This document shows, one piece after another, positions 29,333 to 37,700 of a stretch of 39,211 nt of DNA. The position numbers and the translations under genes are program-made. Within the stretch, counting starts at the first letter, position 1; every line of letters starts with the position of its first letter. The notes under the pieces are model-generated. The model searched no databases. It was not told where the DNA came from and saw only the letters and a list, made by a program, of their open reading frames with translations. This DNA comes from Candidatus Altimarinota bacterium (GTDB taxonomy: Bacteria > Patescibacteriota > Gracilibacteria > JBDHUY01): assembly GCA_039809385.1 (NCBI GenBank), contig JBDHUY010000015.1, positions 1 through 39,211 on the forward strand, in the 5' to 3' direction.

Positions 29333-30256
29333 ATGCTCTATTATCTGCTGTGTTTATCTGCCGTAGTATGCTTTGCCACCTACCCCACACTCGTAAAACT
29401 GGTTTTGGCGCAAAATGAATCGGCACCGATTATCCTGCTGGTCAGTCTCGCCACGTCCCTGGTATTGATGTTTGTATTCGGTTTCCTGCGCGAGATCAAA
29501 CAATACATACGACATAAACAACAAGATCCGTATCTTATCCTGATCGGATTGTTTTCGGGAGCCATTGCGCCTCTGTGTATCGGTATGGGGCTGGCCAATT
29601 CTAATGTCACCAACAGTGTGCTGATAACAAGCCTGCAAATTCCTTTTAGCGCAGTTCTTTCAGCTATGATCCTAAAAGAAAAAATATCCAGAATATACAA
29701 AGCCGGCTTAATCATTTTTATTATCGGAATCATCCTGTATAGTACCAATTTTTTCCAAAGCGGACTGCTATTGAGCACTTACGATATATTCTTTATTATA
29801 GCCGCATTTTGTTATGCTTTATCGGATATCCTCTACAAAAAGAAACTCACGCATCTATCTTTTGACATTATTTTACTAAGCCGCAGCCTATTCGGCAGTT
29901 TTTTTCTTTTCCTGGCGAATCTTGTCTTGACGCAAAATCACACCATCAGCCTTCCCACATTGCCAGTGACACACGTTTATATTGGGCTGGTAATCCTGAT
30001 TCCGATTCTGCTGGGCCAACGCTTGTGGTATCTATCCCTGAAGAAGATCCCGGCCGCAAAAGCTTCCATGTATATTACCCTCTACCCGGTTTTCGCCACA
30101 CTCTTCGGCTTTATGATTCTTCGGGAAGCAGTGACCGGTACGATGCTCGTATCCGGCATCATCATGATCGCTGGCCTGGTCATCGCTCAACTGCATTTCA
30201 AAAAACACCCCTCGCACAGTCGTCATATCCATCTCCAGCACTTCAAACAACAATAA
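29333..30256 (+). CDS. EamA/DMT family transporter with His-rich C-terminal tail
   Basis: 10 TM helices in two repeats (ILKEKIS, ILREAV); tail HFKKHPSHSRHIHLQH; likely start ATG 29333. Confidence 0.9.
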   Translation: MLYYLLCLSAVVCFATYPTLVKLVLAQNESAPIILLVSLATSLVLMFVFGFLREIKQYIRHKQQDPYLILIGLFSGAIAPLCIGMGLANSNVTNSVLITSLQIPFSAVLSAMILKEKISRIYKAGLIIFIIGIILYSTNFFQSGLLLSTYDIFFIIAAFCYALSDILYKKKLTHLSFDIILLSRSLFGSFFLFLANLVLTQNHTISLPTLPVTHVYIGLVILIPILLGQRLWYLSLKKIPAAKASMYITLYPVFATLFGFMILREAVTGTMLVSGIIMIAGLVIAQLHFKKHPSHSRHIHLQHFKQQ

Positions 30257-30257
30257 G

Positions 30258-30344
30258 AGAAGTTAGGGGTTAGAAGCTGGAAGCTACGTAAAAAACTCAA
30301 AAGACACCTTCTGGCTGTAAGCTGTCGGCTGCTAGCTGTCAACT
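30258..30344. repeat. Two 7-nt tandem arrays at the EamA/rlmI convergent junction
   Basis: agaagtt aggggtt agaagct ggaagct (30258-30285) and tctggct gtaagct gtcggct gctagct gtcaact (30310-30344). Confidence 0.7.
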
Positions 30345-31521
30345 ATTCGACATATAACAACAGGCTCTTCAAATACTCCCCTTCCGGATGGTAAATATTG
30401 ACCGGATGATCGGGAGCCAGAATATGCCGGCCGATAATCCGTACCTGCCGGTTTGCCTCGCGCGCGGCCTGAAAGATAACCGTCTGAAAAAGCTTTTCGT
30501 CGACAAAATACGAACAGGAGGAGGTAAGCAAAAGACCTTTGGACGGTATTTTTTGCAAAGCCAGACGGTTAATGTCCTTGTAGCCGCGACAAGCCTTGAC
30601 CACGTCGTTTTTGTTTTTGGCAAATGCCGGCGGGTCGAGAATAATAAAATCATACTCCAAAGCATTCTCGCGCAAGAAAGAAAATACATCTTGAACAAAA
30701 AAATTATTCTCTTTTGTATCGAGCTGATTAGCCTCGAAGTTGGATTTAGCCAGTTCGATCGCCTCAGACGAAATGTCAACCGAATCGACCTGTAGAGCCC
30801 CGCCAAAGCATGCATTGACAGAAAAACCGCCGGAATAAGAAAAACAATTGAGAACTCTTCTTCCCGCCGCATGAGAACGAACGAGGAACCTCATTTCCCG
30901 CTGGTCAAGAAAGAAACCTGTTTTTTGGCCTCGCTCGATATCGACCCAAAAATATAAACCATGCTCAATGACCGGGACGGGATCACACATGGTTCCTTGC
31001 AGGACCCCGAGAAACGGTGCGAGTCCTTCTTCGCGACGAGAAGGGAGATTTGATTTTTCAAATACGAAGCATGAACCGATTTCACGATTCAGCGCGTCGA
31101 GAATATCAAATTTTAAACGCTCCATACCGAGCGTTGATATTTGTATGACCAGTGCGTGGTCATAATAATCGACGATCAGTCCGGGCAGACGGTCTCCTTC
31201 TCCATTGATCAGGCGATAAGCGTTGGTCTCTTCTTTTTGAAAATATGCGCGGCGAAATCGAATTGCGGCAACCACAGCATGATAGATCGATTCAAGCGGA
31301 TCGTCCTCGCCAAAACTGATCATCCGGGCAACAATCGAGCACTTCGAGTTATAATAAGCATGCCCGAGCAGTTCTTTTTCGGGATTATACACAGCTACGA
31401 TATCGCCGTCTTCGATAGGATCGATATGCTGGACCGCGCCGGAAAAGATCCAGTGATGATAATTTTTGAGAGCTTTGTCTCGCCCTTTTTTGAGCGTCAA
31501 TATAGGATAGTCTTTTTTCAT
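30343..31521 (-). CDS. rlmI: RlmI/YccW-family SAM-dependent rRNA methyltransferase
   Basis: PUA-like N-terminus (HHWIFSG), EGDRLPGLIVD, GQKTGFFLDQRE, VLNCFSYSGGF, ILDPPAFAK, SSCS, EGEYLK. Confidence 0.9.
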   Translation of the reverse strand: MKKDYPILTLKKGRDKALKNYHHWIFSGAVQHIDPIEDGDIVAVYNPEKELLGHAYYNSKCSIVARMISFGEDDPLESIYHAVVAAIRFRRAYFQKEETNAYRLINGEGDRLPGLIVDYYDHALVIQISTLGMERLKFDILDALNREIGSCFVFEKSNLPSRREEGLAPFLGVLQGTMCDPVPVIEHGLYFWVDIERGQKTGFFLDQREMRFLVRSHAAGRRVLNCFSYSGGFSVNACFGGALQVDSVDISSEAIELAKSNFEANQLDTKENNFFVQDVFSFLRENALEYDFIILDPPAFAKNKNDVVKACRGYKDINRLALQKIPSKGLLLTSSCSYFVDEKLFQTVIFQAAREANRQVRIIGRHILAPDHPVNIYHPEGEYLKSLLLYVE

Positions 31522-32642
31522 ATGAGTACATAGCTGGTAAGAAGATGCGTAATCTTTACGGTAGCGTCGCGCTGAAACAGCCTGACAGCAGTTTGAACCA
31601 TCCGCACACGTCGGGATTCTTTGGTCCAGGCATCCGAGAGTACCGTAACTCCTTCGCTATCCAGTCGCTCCTGAGGAAGTACCAGGGCGGCTTCGTGTTG
31701 TCGCATAAAATCGGCATTGGCCCCTTGTTCTCCGCGACTTGATGTCACGGGAAGGGGAACCAATAGCATGAGTTTAGACAATACAGCCAGTTCAATAATG
31801 GTGGTAGCTCCGGCCCGTACCATTGCCAGATCGGCCGCTGCATAGATATCGGGAAGCTCTTCTGAAATATATTCGAACGAGCGGTAATTTTTCAGATTTT
31901 TTTGTACTTCATCCCAACTGCAGGGCGAATAGCGGGACTGTTCTTTTTGAAAATCTTTGGTATTGCCCTTCCCGACAAGATGCACGATATTAAAACGCTT
32001 GGTGAGAGTAAACAAATGCTTCCAGACAAATTCGTTCAAGGCGCGCGAGCCTTGTCCTCCTCCCATCACCAGCAAAACCGGCTTCTCTTTTTCCGGAAAA
32101 TTGAGTAAGGCTAGCCCTTTTTCACGATTGCCGTTGCACATGCTTTTCCGAATGGGAAGGCCGGTTAGTATTTCTTTCTCATCATAACGGTCTTTTGGAA
32201 AAGTCAAACACACCTTTTGAGCAATTTTTTTGATCATACTATTAGCTAAACCCGAGACAATATCCGATTCGTGAGTGATAACCGGAACGCGATTTAGCCA
32301 CGCTCCTACAGCTATCGGTAAAGCAATAAATCCCCCCTTGGAGAAAACTACGCGCGGTTTGGTCCTTCGGATAAGCCAAAAACTTTGAAAAATACCAATG
32401 AATACTCGAAAAAAATCTAAAAAATTCTCCCAATCGAAATAGCGTCGTAATTTACCGGCGCTGATCGCGTGAAACGGAATCCGGGCTTGAAATAGGATAT
32501 CCCTTTCCATTCCTTTGTCCGTCCCGACATAAAGAATCTCTTCTAACGTGAGGATTCTTTGATTGATCAGTTCATCGATTACCGCCAGGTTAGGCGTAAT
32601 ATGCCCCCCGGATCCCCCGCCGACGAAGAGTATTTTGACCAT
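31518..32642 (-). CDS. murG: Lipid I N-acetylglucosaminyltransferase MurG
   Basis: GGGSGGHI.P, GKLRRY, SKGGF, HESD, GGGQGS, RAGATT..E, Q..NA. Confidence 0.96.
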   Translation of the reverse strand: MVKILFVGGGSGGHITPNLAVIDELINQRILTLEEILYVGTDKGMERDILFQARIPFHAISAGKLRRYFDWENFLDFFRVFIGIFQSFWLIRRTKPRVVFSKGGFIALPIAVGAWLNRVPVITHESDIVSGLANSMIKKIAQKVCLTFPKDRYDEKEILTGLPIRKSMCNGNREKGLALLNFPEKEKPVLLVMGGGQGSRALNEFVWKHLFTLTKRFNIVHLVGKGNTKDFQKEQSRYSPCSWDEVQKNLKNYRSFEYISEELPDIYAAADLAMVRAGATTIIELAVLSKLMLLVPLPVTSSRGEQGANADFMRQHEAALVLPQERLDSEGVTVLSDAWTKESRRVRMVQTAVRLFQRDATVKITHLLTSYVLI

Positions 32643-33780
32643 GTTGCGTATGTTTCGATATTTGTAAAAGGATACCGGCAGCTATGAGCAGAGCCGTAAG
32701 CGAAGAGCCTCCGTAGCTGATGAACGGTAACGTAATACCGGTAAGCGGCATCAGTTGTATATTGACCGCGATATTGACCAGAGATTGCCACACAAACCAG
32801 GTCGTAATGCCGATCGCCACGAGCGAACTGAAACGATTGGGCGCATTTGTAGCGATCCGGTAACCGCGGTACGCAATAAAGATATACGCGCTCAACAGCA
32901 GGAGCAACCGTATGAAGCCCAGTTCTTCGGCCGTTGCCGAAAAGATGGTATCCCCTTGCACTTCCGGCAGATAGCCGAACTTCTGGACCGACTTGCCGAA
33001 TCCGGCGCCAAAGAGTCCGCCGCTGCCGATAGCGATCAATGCTTGTTGAATCTGCCAGCCGATGTTACGGCTTTTCGGATCGACCGCCGGATCTAAAAAG
33101 ACGTTAAAACGGCTTCGTACATACGGAACCGTTGCCACGACAACCGAGAAAAAGAGTAACGCCAGCAAAAAACCGGTCACCAGATGGAGCATCCGGGCTC
33201 CCGCAATATAATACATCACCACCGCAATCGGAACGATGACCAGAATAGAGCCGAAATCCGGAAGAAGGGCCAATAAAATGACAATCGCTCCCAAAATCAA
33301 TAAAAAAGGCAGGAAGCCGTTCTCAAGCGATTGCAGCTCCTCTTTGCGCCGTTCAAGCCAACGCGCAAAATAGAGTATAATACCGATCTTGGCGATTTCA
33401 ACCGGTTGAATAGAAGGCAAAAGCGGAATATTAAGCCAGCCGGTAGAACCCTTAAGTTTCAACCCAAAATCGGTAAACAGCAACATCAGTAAAATAATAC
33501 TGACAAAGAAAACATACGGTGCGGCTTTGCGCCAAAAAGAGACGGGGACGCGCATAGCCAAAAACCACATCGGCAAGGCCAAAGCCACGTGTCCGAGAGA
33601 ACGCCACAAATAGAAATCGTTACTGGGAGACGGGTAAAGATTGGGAAATTTATCCGCCAATTCTTTGGTAATGTTGTAGGATTCGAAAACACTGACACTC
33701 GAGATCATCACCAGACCGAAAACCACCAGCGCAAATATAACGGTGAACAACGGATAATCGATGGTACCTTCCTGCTTCAT
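32590..33780 (-). CDS. ftsW: SEDS peptidoglycan polymerase FtsW
   Basis: SIQPVEIAK, PDFGS, GSGGLFG.G, LPEVQGDTIF, EELGF, PLTGITLPFISYGGSS; directly upstream of murG. Confidence 0.93.
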   Translation of the reverse strand: MKQEGTIDYPLFTVIFALVVFGLVMISSVSVFESYNITKELADKFPNLYPSPSNDFYLWRSLGHVALALPMWFLAMRVPVSFWRKAAPYVFFVSIILLMLLFTDFGLKLKGSTGWLNIPLLPSIQPVEIAKIGIILYFARWLERRKEELQSLENGFLPFLLILGAIVILLALLPDFGSILVIVPIAVVMYYIAGARMLHLVTGFLLALLFFSVVVATVPYVRSRFNVFLDPAVDPKSRNIGWQIQQALIAIGSGGLFGAGFGKSVQKFGYLPEVQGDTIFSATAEELGFIRLLLLLSAYIFIAYRGYRIATNAPNRFSSLVAIGITTWFVWQSLVNIAVNIQLMPLTGITLPFISYGGSSLTALLIAAGILLQISKHTQHGQNTLRRRGIRGAYYA

Positions 33781-33820
33781 ACAAATACGTTCATTAGTCA
33801 GTATGCGAATAGCACTGCTA

Positions 33821-33848
33821 ATAATACTGTAAGACCGGAAATGAACAA
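33821..33848 (-). promoter_or_regulatory. ftsW-murG-rlmI promoter
   Basis: Minus strand TTGTTC-16 nt-TATTAT. Confidence 0.5.
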
Positions 33849-33875
33849 GGTCAGTTTTTCTTATGAAAAAATATT

Positions 33876-33914
33876 AAAAAAGACGCTATGACTGGGTAGT
33901 CAGGGAGCGTCTTT
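33876..33914 (-). terminator. Intrinsic terminator upstream of the ftsW promoter
   Basis: AAAGACGCT/AGCGTCTTT plus inner TGACT/AGTCA; T6 tail on the minus strand. Confidence 0.7.
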
Positions 33915-33915
33915 C

Positions 33916-34202
33916 TCGAGTGAACCTTATAAGTAGCGGTTTAATGTATAGTTGCTACTCAAGGCGACATCACCCGAACGAAGGGTCACCAACCTTCAGG
34001 TATTACCGTTCATCAAGAGTGAAAAACGGAACCTCTGCCATACTTTGGTTTTATTATCCCAAAATCCGTAAGGGTTGCTTTTGAGCGACTGTATCCGTCC
34101 CGATTTCGAGCTTGACACGATGGTCAATGAAACGGTAAAATACAATCAAGCAATAGAGATTAAAAGTCTTTCTGAGGAAGAATCTTCAGGAAGACTTTTT
34201 TT
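33916..34202 (+). ncRNA. Structured ncRNA candidate A (possibly 6S-like; unassigned)
   Basis: Long irregular stem 34000-34013/34127-34143 with nested helices and a GUAA tetraloop; G-U pairs favour +; ends in a T7 terminator; no ORF. 5' end uncertain. Confidence 0.5.
34162..34202 (+). terminator. Intrinsic terminator (strong on +, weaker on -)
   Basis: AAAAGTCTTTCTGAGGA-AGAA-TCTTCAGGAAGACTTTTTTT. Confidence 0.8.
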
Positions 34203-34481
34203 AAGTCTCCGACGGTGAGGCGGAAACTGATTATCGTACAGCAGAGAAAAAGCAGCATGCAGGAGCCCCGCCCTTGGCGGGGGAGGACGAGTCTATCCGG
34301 TCCGCGGCCAAGATAAGATGCTCGTCCTGTATGCTCCTTTTTCTCTGCGGGGCTGATTTTCAATGATCGTTTGGTTGTGGAGTGAAAGAAATGCGCGGGC
34401 CCGCGCTTCACCCTTCTTTCTTTTTTTATGTTTTTTTATTTTTGAAACCGTGTTTGTGTTCTTTCTTGTTTTTTTTGTTTT
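34203..34481 (-). ncRNA. Structured ncRNA candidate B (unassigned)
   Basis: Minus-strand promoter TTGAAC(34510-34515)-16 nt-TATCAT(34488-34493); A-rich 5' part; 24-bp near-perfect stem 34241-34264/34325-34348 enclosing two GC-rich hairpins. Strand not fully certain. Confidence 0.5.
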
Positions 34482-34647
34482 CAAATCATGATACCTGATT
34501 CAAAAAAAAGTTCAACCAGGAACTATTGAGCAAAACATTATTTTATTATCTTGTATATCTTTATACTTATATGAATCTCTAATGAAAGCCAAATAACACC
34601 CTCTCATAAACACACTTGATACTTTAAAAAATGATATTTTTATATAT

Positions 34648-34680
34648 AAAAAGAGCTCCGATTAATCGCGAGCTCTTTTT
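34648..34680 (-). terminator. Bidirectional intrinsic terminator after the large SLH gene
   Basis: AAAAAGAGCTC-CGATTAATCG-C-GAGCTCTTTTT. Confidence 0.85.
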
Positions 34681-34702
34681 ACTTTCAGGCAGAAAGTCCA
34701 CT

Positions 34703-37700
34703 CTATTGATTTCGATGTAACAAATACTCATAAATCGCCACGGCAACTTCGCCGCGGGTCATCGTACGTTCGGGAAAGAGCGAAGAACCGATATCCGGAA
34801 TAAGGTTATAACGCTGGACAGTACCCGCATAGCGCGCGAACCAATCCGAAGGATGGACGTCATTGAAGTTATACGAGAGATTTTCAGACAACCCGAATGT
34901 CAGAGTCATCATCTTTAAAAATTCAGCCCTTTTAATACCATCCTGCGGCCTGAATGTACCATCCGGATAACCGTTTACAATATTCAAATTGGCAGCTGTG
35001 ATTACAAACTTGGTATACCATTGATTTTCGAGTACATCCGGGAAGCGGCCATTATTACGCACATCCGATACCGAGCTATAACGAGTCAGCAAAAGGAATT
35101 TGGATCCTTCGGCCCGATTCACCAAACGACTTGGTTTAAATTCACCATCGGGAAAGCCCCCGACCACGGCTCTACGATAGAGCTCGGCGGCAGCCATTCC
35201 TTCAAGCGTGTTAAGATTGGTGTCCCTGAAAGGATTGGCAAACGAATTATTATTGACCAGCACCTCATCTTCAAATCCGGCCGGAGGCAACGGGATATTT
35301 CCGCCGCCATCGTTGCTGTTCGTCACGACGATCGTCCCAGTCATACTGGGGTGGATTGAGCAATGATAGGTAAAAGTGCCGGTCTGGTTAAACGTATACC
35401 TGTAGCTTTGATCGGTACTGAGGATGCCGCTTTGAAATGAAAGATTGTCCCCTACTACCGTGTGTTGGGAAGAGTCGCGGTTGATCCAGATAACTGTAGT
35501 ACCTAGCGGAACCGTAATGGTGGAAGGCGAGAAAGTAAAGTTACGGATTTCGATTTGCCGGTTGTTATTTCCATTGCCGGTTGTACCAACATTTACGGTA
35601 AGCGAAGCATTCGCGGTCAACCCCTGGCTGTCGGTCACCGAAAACTTTATGAGGAAGACCCCGCTGCGGTTATAACTATGGGTAAAAGTGGCGGTCTGGT
35701 TAAAACTGCTGCTCAGCACCGAATCGTTGAAAATACTCCCCTCATCTCCCCACTGGACTCGGTAGGACAAGCTTCCGTTCTCCGGGTCGCGAGCTCGCAC
35801 TGAAAAGGTACCGGTTTCATTCAGATTAAGATACGACGGCCCGCTCACGCCATCAATAATGGGGGTACCACTGCCACCGCCACTTGAGGCATTAATCATA
35901 AACGTATTGTCGGATTGATCTGAAACAGTATTAATACGACTGTCGTCAGTCTCGATACGAATACGAAAGTTACTTCCCTGATAGGTACTGCTGGTGGGAA
36001 TAGACCAATTAAAGCGGTTAGTACCATCAAACGAGGTTGTGTTACTGGTAATTTCAGCAGTTTCCGAAAACCCATTGAGCAACTTGATCCTAGTACGGTA
36101 GCCTACGTTTGAACCGGAAATACCGTCGTTAAACGTCCATTCGATGGTCTGAGTATCGCCGCTACGCCAGAACTGGCCGCCATTGGGAGTAACGACCTGG
36201 AGAGAAGCGTTCCCGCTGCCGCCCTGGTTGATACGAAACGTACTGTCGGATTGATCCGATACTGTCGAGATTCGATTGTCGTCGGTCTGGACCTTGATAC
36301 GAAAATTATTGCCCGAATAATTGTTCGAAACGAACCATGTGTAGGAATTGGATGAACCGTCGTACGATGTCGCATTATTGGCAATTGTCAAAACTTCGCT
36401 GTTCCCGTCGAGAAGGATAATGCGCGTACGATAGCCTACGTTACCGCCCGATATGCCATCGTCGAACGACCAGCGGATATCGTAGTTTTGTCCCGAAGAG
36501 AGCGATTCGCCCCCATTCGGTTGCTGTACGCGAATAAAAGAATTTCCGCTTCCACCTCCGGTCGTATTGATCGAAAAAACGTTATCCGATTCGTCTGACA
36601 CGGTCGAGATACGACTGTCGTCGCTCTGAACCCGAATCCGGAAATTGTTTCCCTGATAGGTATTGCTGGAGGGAATAAGCCAGGTAAACCGGTTCGTCCC
36701 GTCATACGATGTCGTATTGGATGTTATTTCGGCTACTTCGGAAAAGCCGTTCAATAATTTGATGCGGGTACGATAGCCCAGATTGGAAGAAGATAGACCG
36801 TCGTTAAACGTCCACTCGATCGTCTGGGTATCACCCTGACGCCATACTTGCCCGCCATTTGGAGTAATCACTTGCACAAAAGCGCCGCTGCTACCGCCTT
36901 GGTTGATCCGAAACGTACTATCCGATTGATCCGATACTGTCGCGATTCGACTATCGTCGGTCTGGACCTTGATCCGAAAATTGTTTCCCGAATAATTACC
37001 GGGAACGGACCATGTATAGCTATTGTCTGAACCATCGGAAGAAAAAGCATTACTGGTGAGGGTCAAGACCTCACTATTGCCGTCCATCAACATCACACGG
37101 GTTCGATAACTATTGTTCCCGCTGGTCCCATCGTCAAAGAACCAGCGAATCTGATATGATTGTCCCGCAGAAAGGAATTCTCCGCCGTTGGGTTGTTGAA
37201 CGCGGACAGTAACACCGGACGAACCGTTTCCATTGATGCTGAACGTCCCGTCGGACTGATCCTGCACAAACGGAACGCTTGAATCGTTCATCTGAATGCG
37301 AATCTTATAATTGCTCCCCTGGAAATTATTGGGTACGAGCCAGGAATAGGAATTGGATCCATCGTGCGACGTGGCGCTATCGGTAACTGTCAGAACCTCC
37401 TGATTTGCGTCGAGCATAGTGATTCTGGTCCGGTAACTTAAACTGCTGCTTCGTCCATCCTGATAGTCCCATTCAATCGAATAAAACTGATTAGGTTGCA
37501 AATTTTCTCCACCGTTGGGACGAGTAACTCGAATAAAGCTTCCATTATTGTTGCCGTTCCCGCGGATTTCAAAAGAGCTATTGGAAATATCGTCGGCAAA
37601 ATCTATGCGATTATCATCAATCGAAATTCGGATCCGGTAGTCTGTACCGGCAAGGTACGTTGGGATATTCCAGGAAAAAGAATTCGTGCCGTCGGAAGAA

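Noticed and set aside
32590-32642. 53-nt ftsW/murG overlap suggesting a frameshift
   Set aside because: FtsW is complete before the overlap and MurG has a normal N-terminus.
34349-34382. GGGGCTGATT resembles the tmRNA 5' end
   Set aside because: No following GGATTCGAC, no T-arm/CCA end and no tag reading frame.
33916-34481. RNase P RNA, SRP RNA, T-box or c-di-GMP riboswitch
   Set aside because: Signature motifs (GAGGAAAGUCC, SRP helix 8, GGUGGNACC, GEMM core) not seen on either strand.
34160-34484. ORFs 34160-34411 and 34293-34484
   Set aside because: Non-ATG starts; one is a Lys-rich translation of A tracts and both run across RNA stems; better explained as non-coding.
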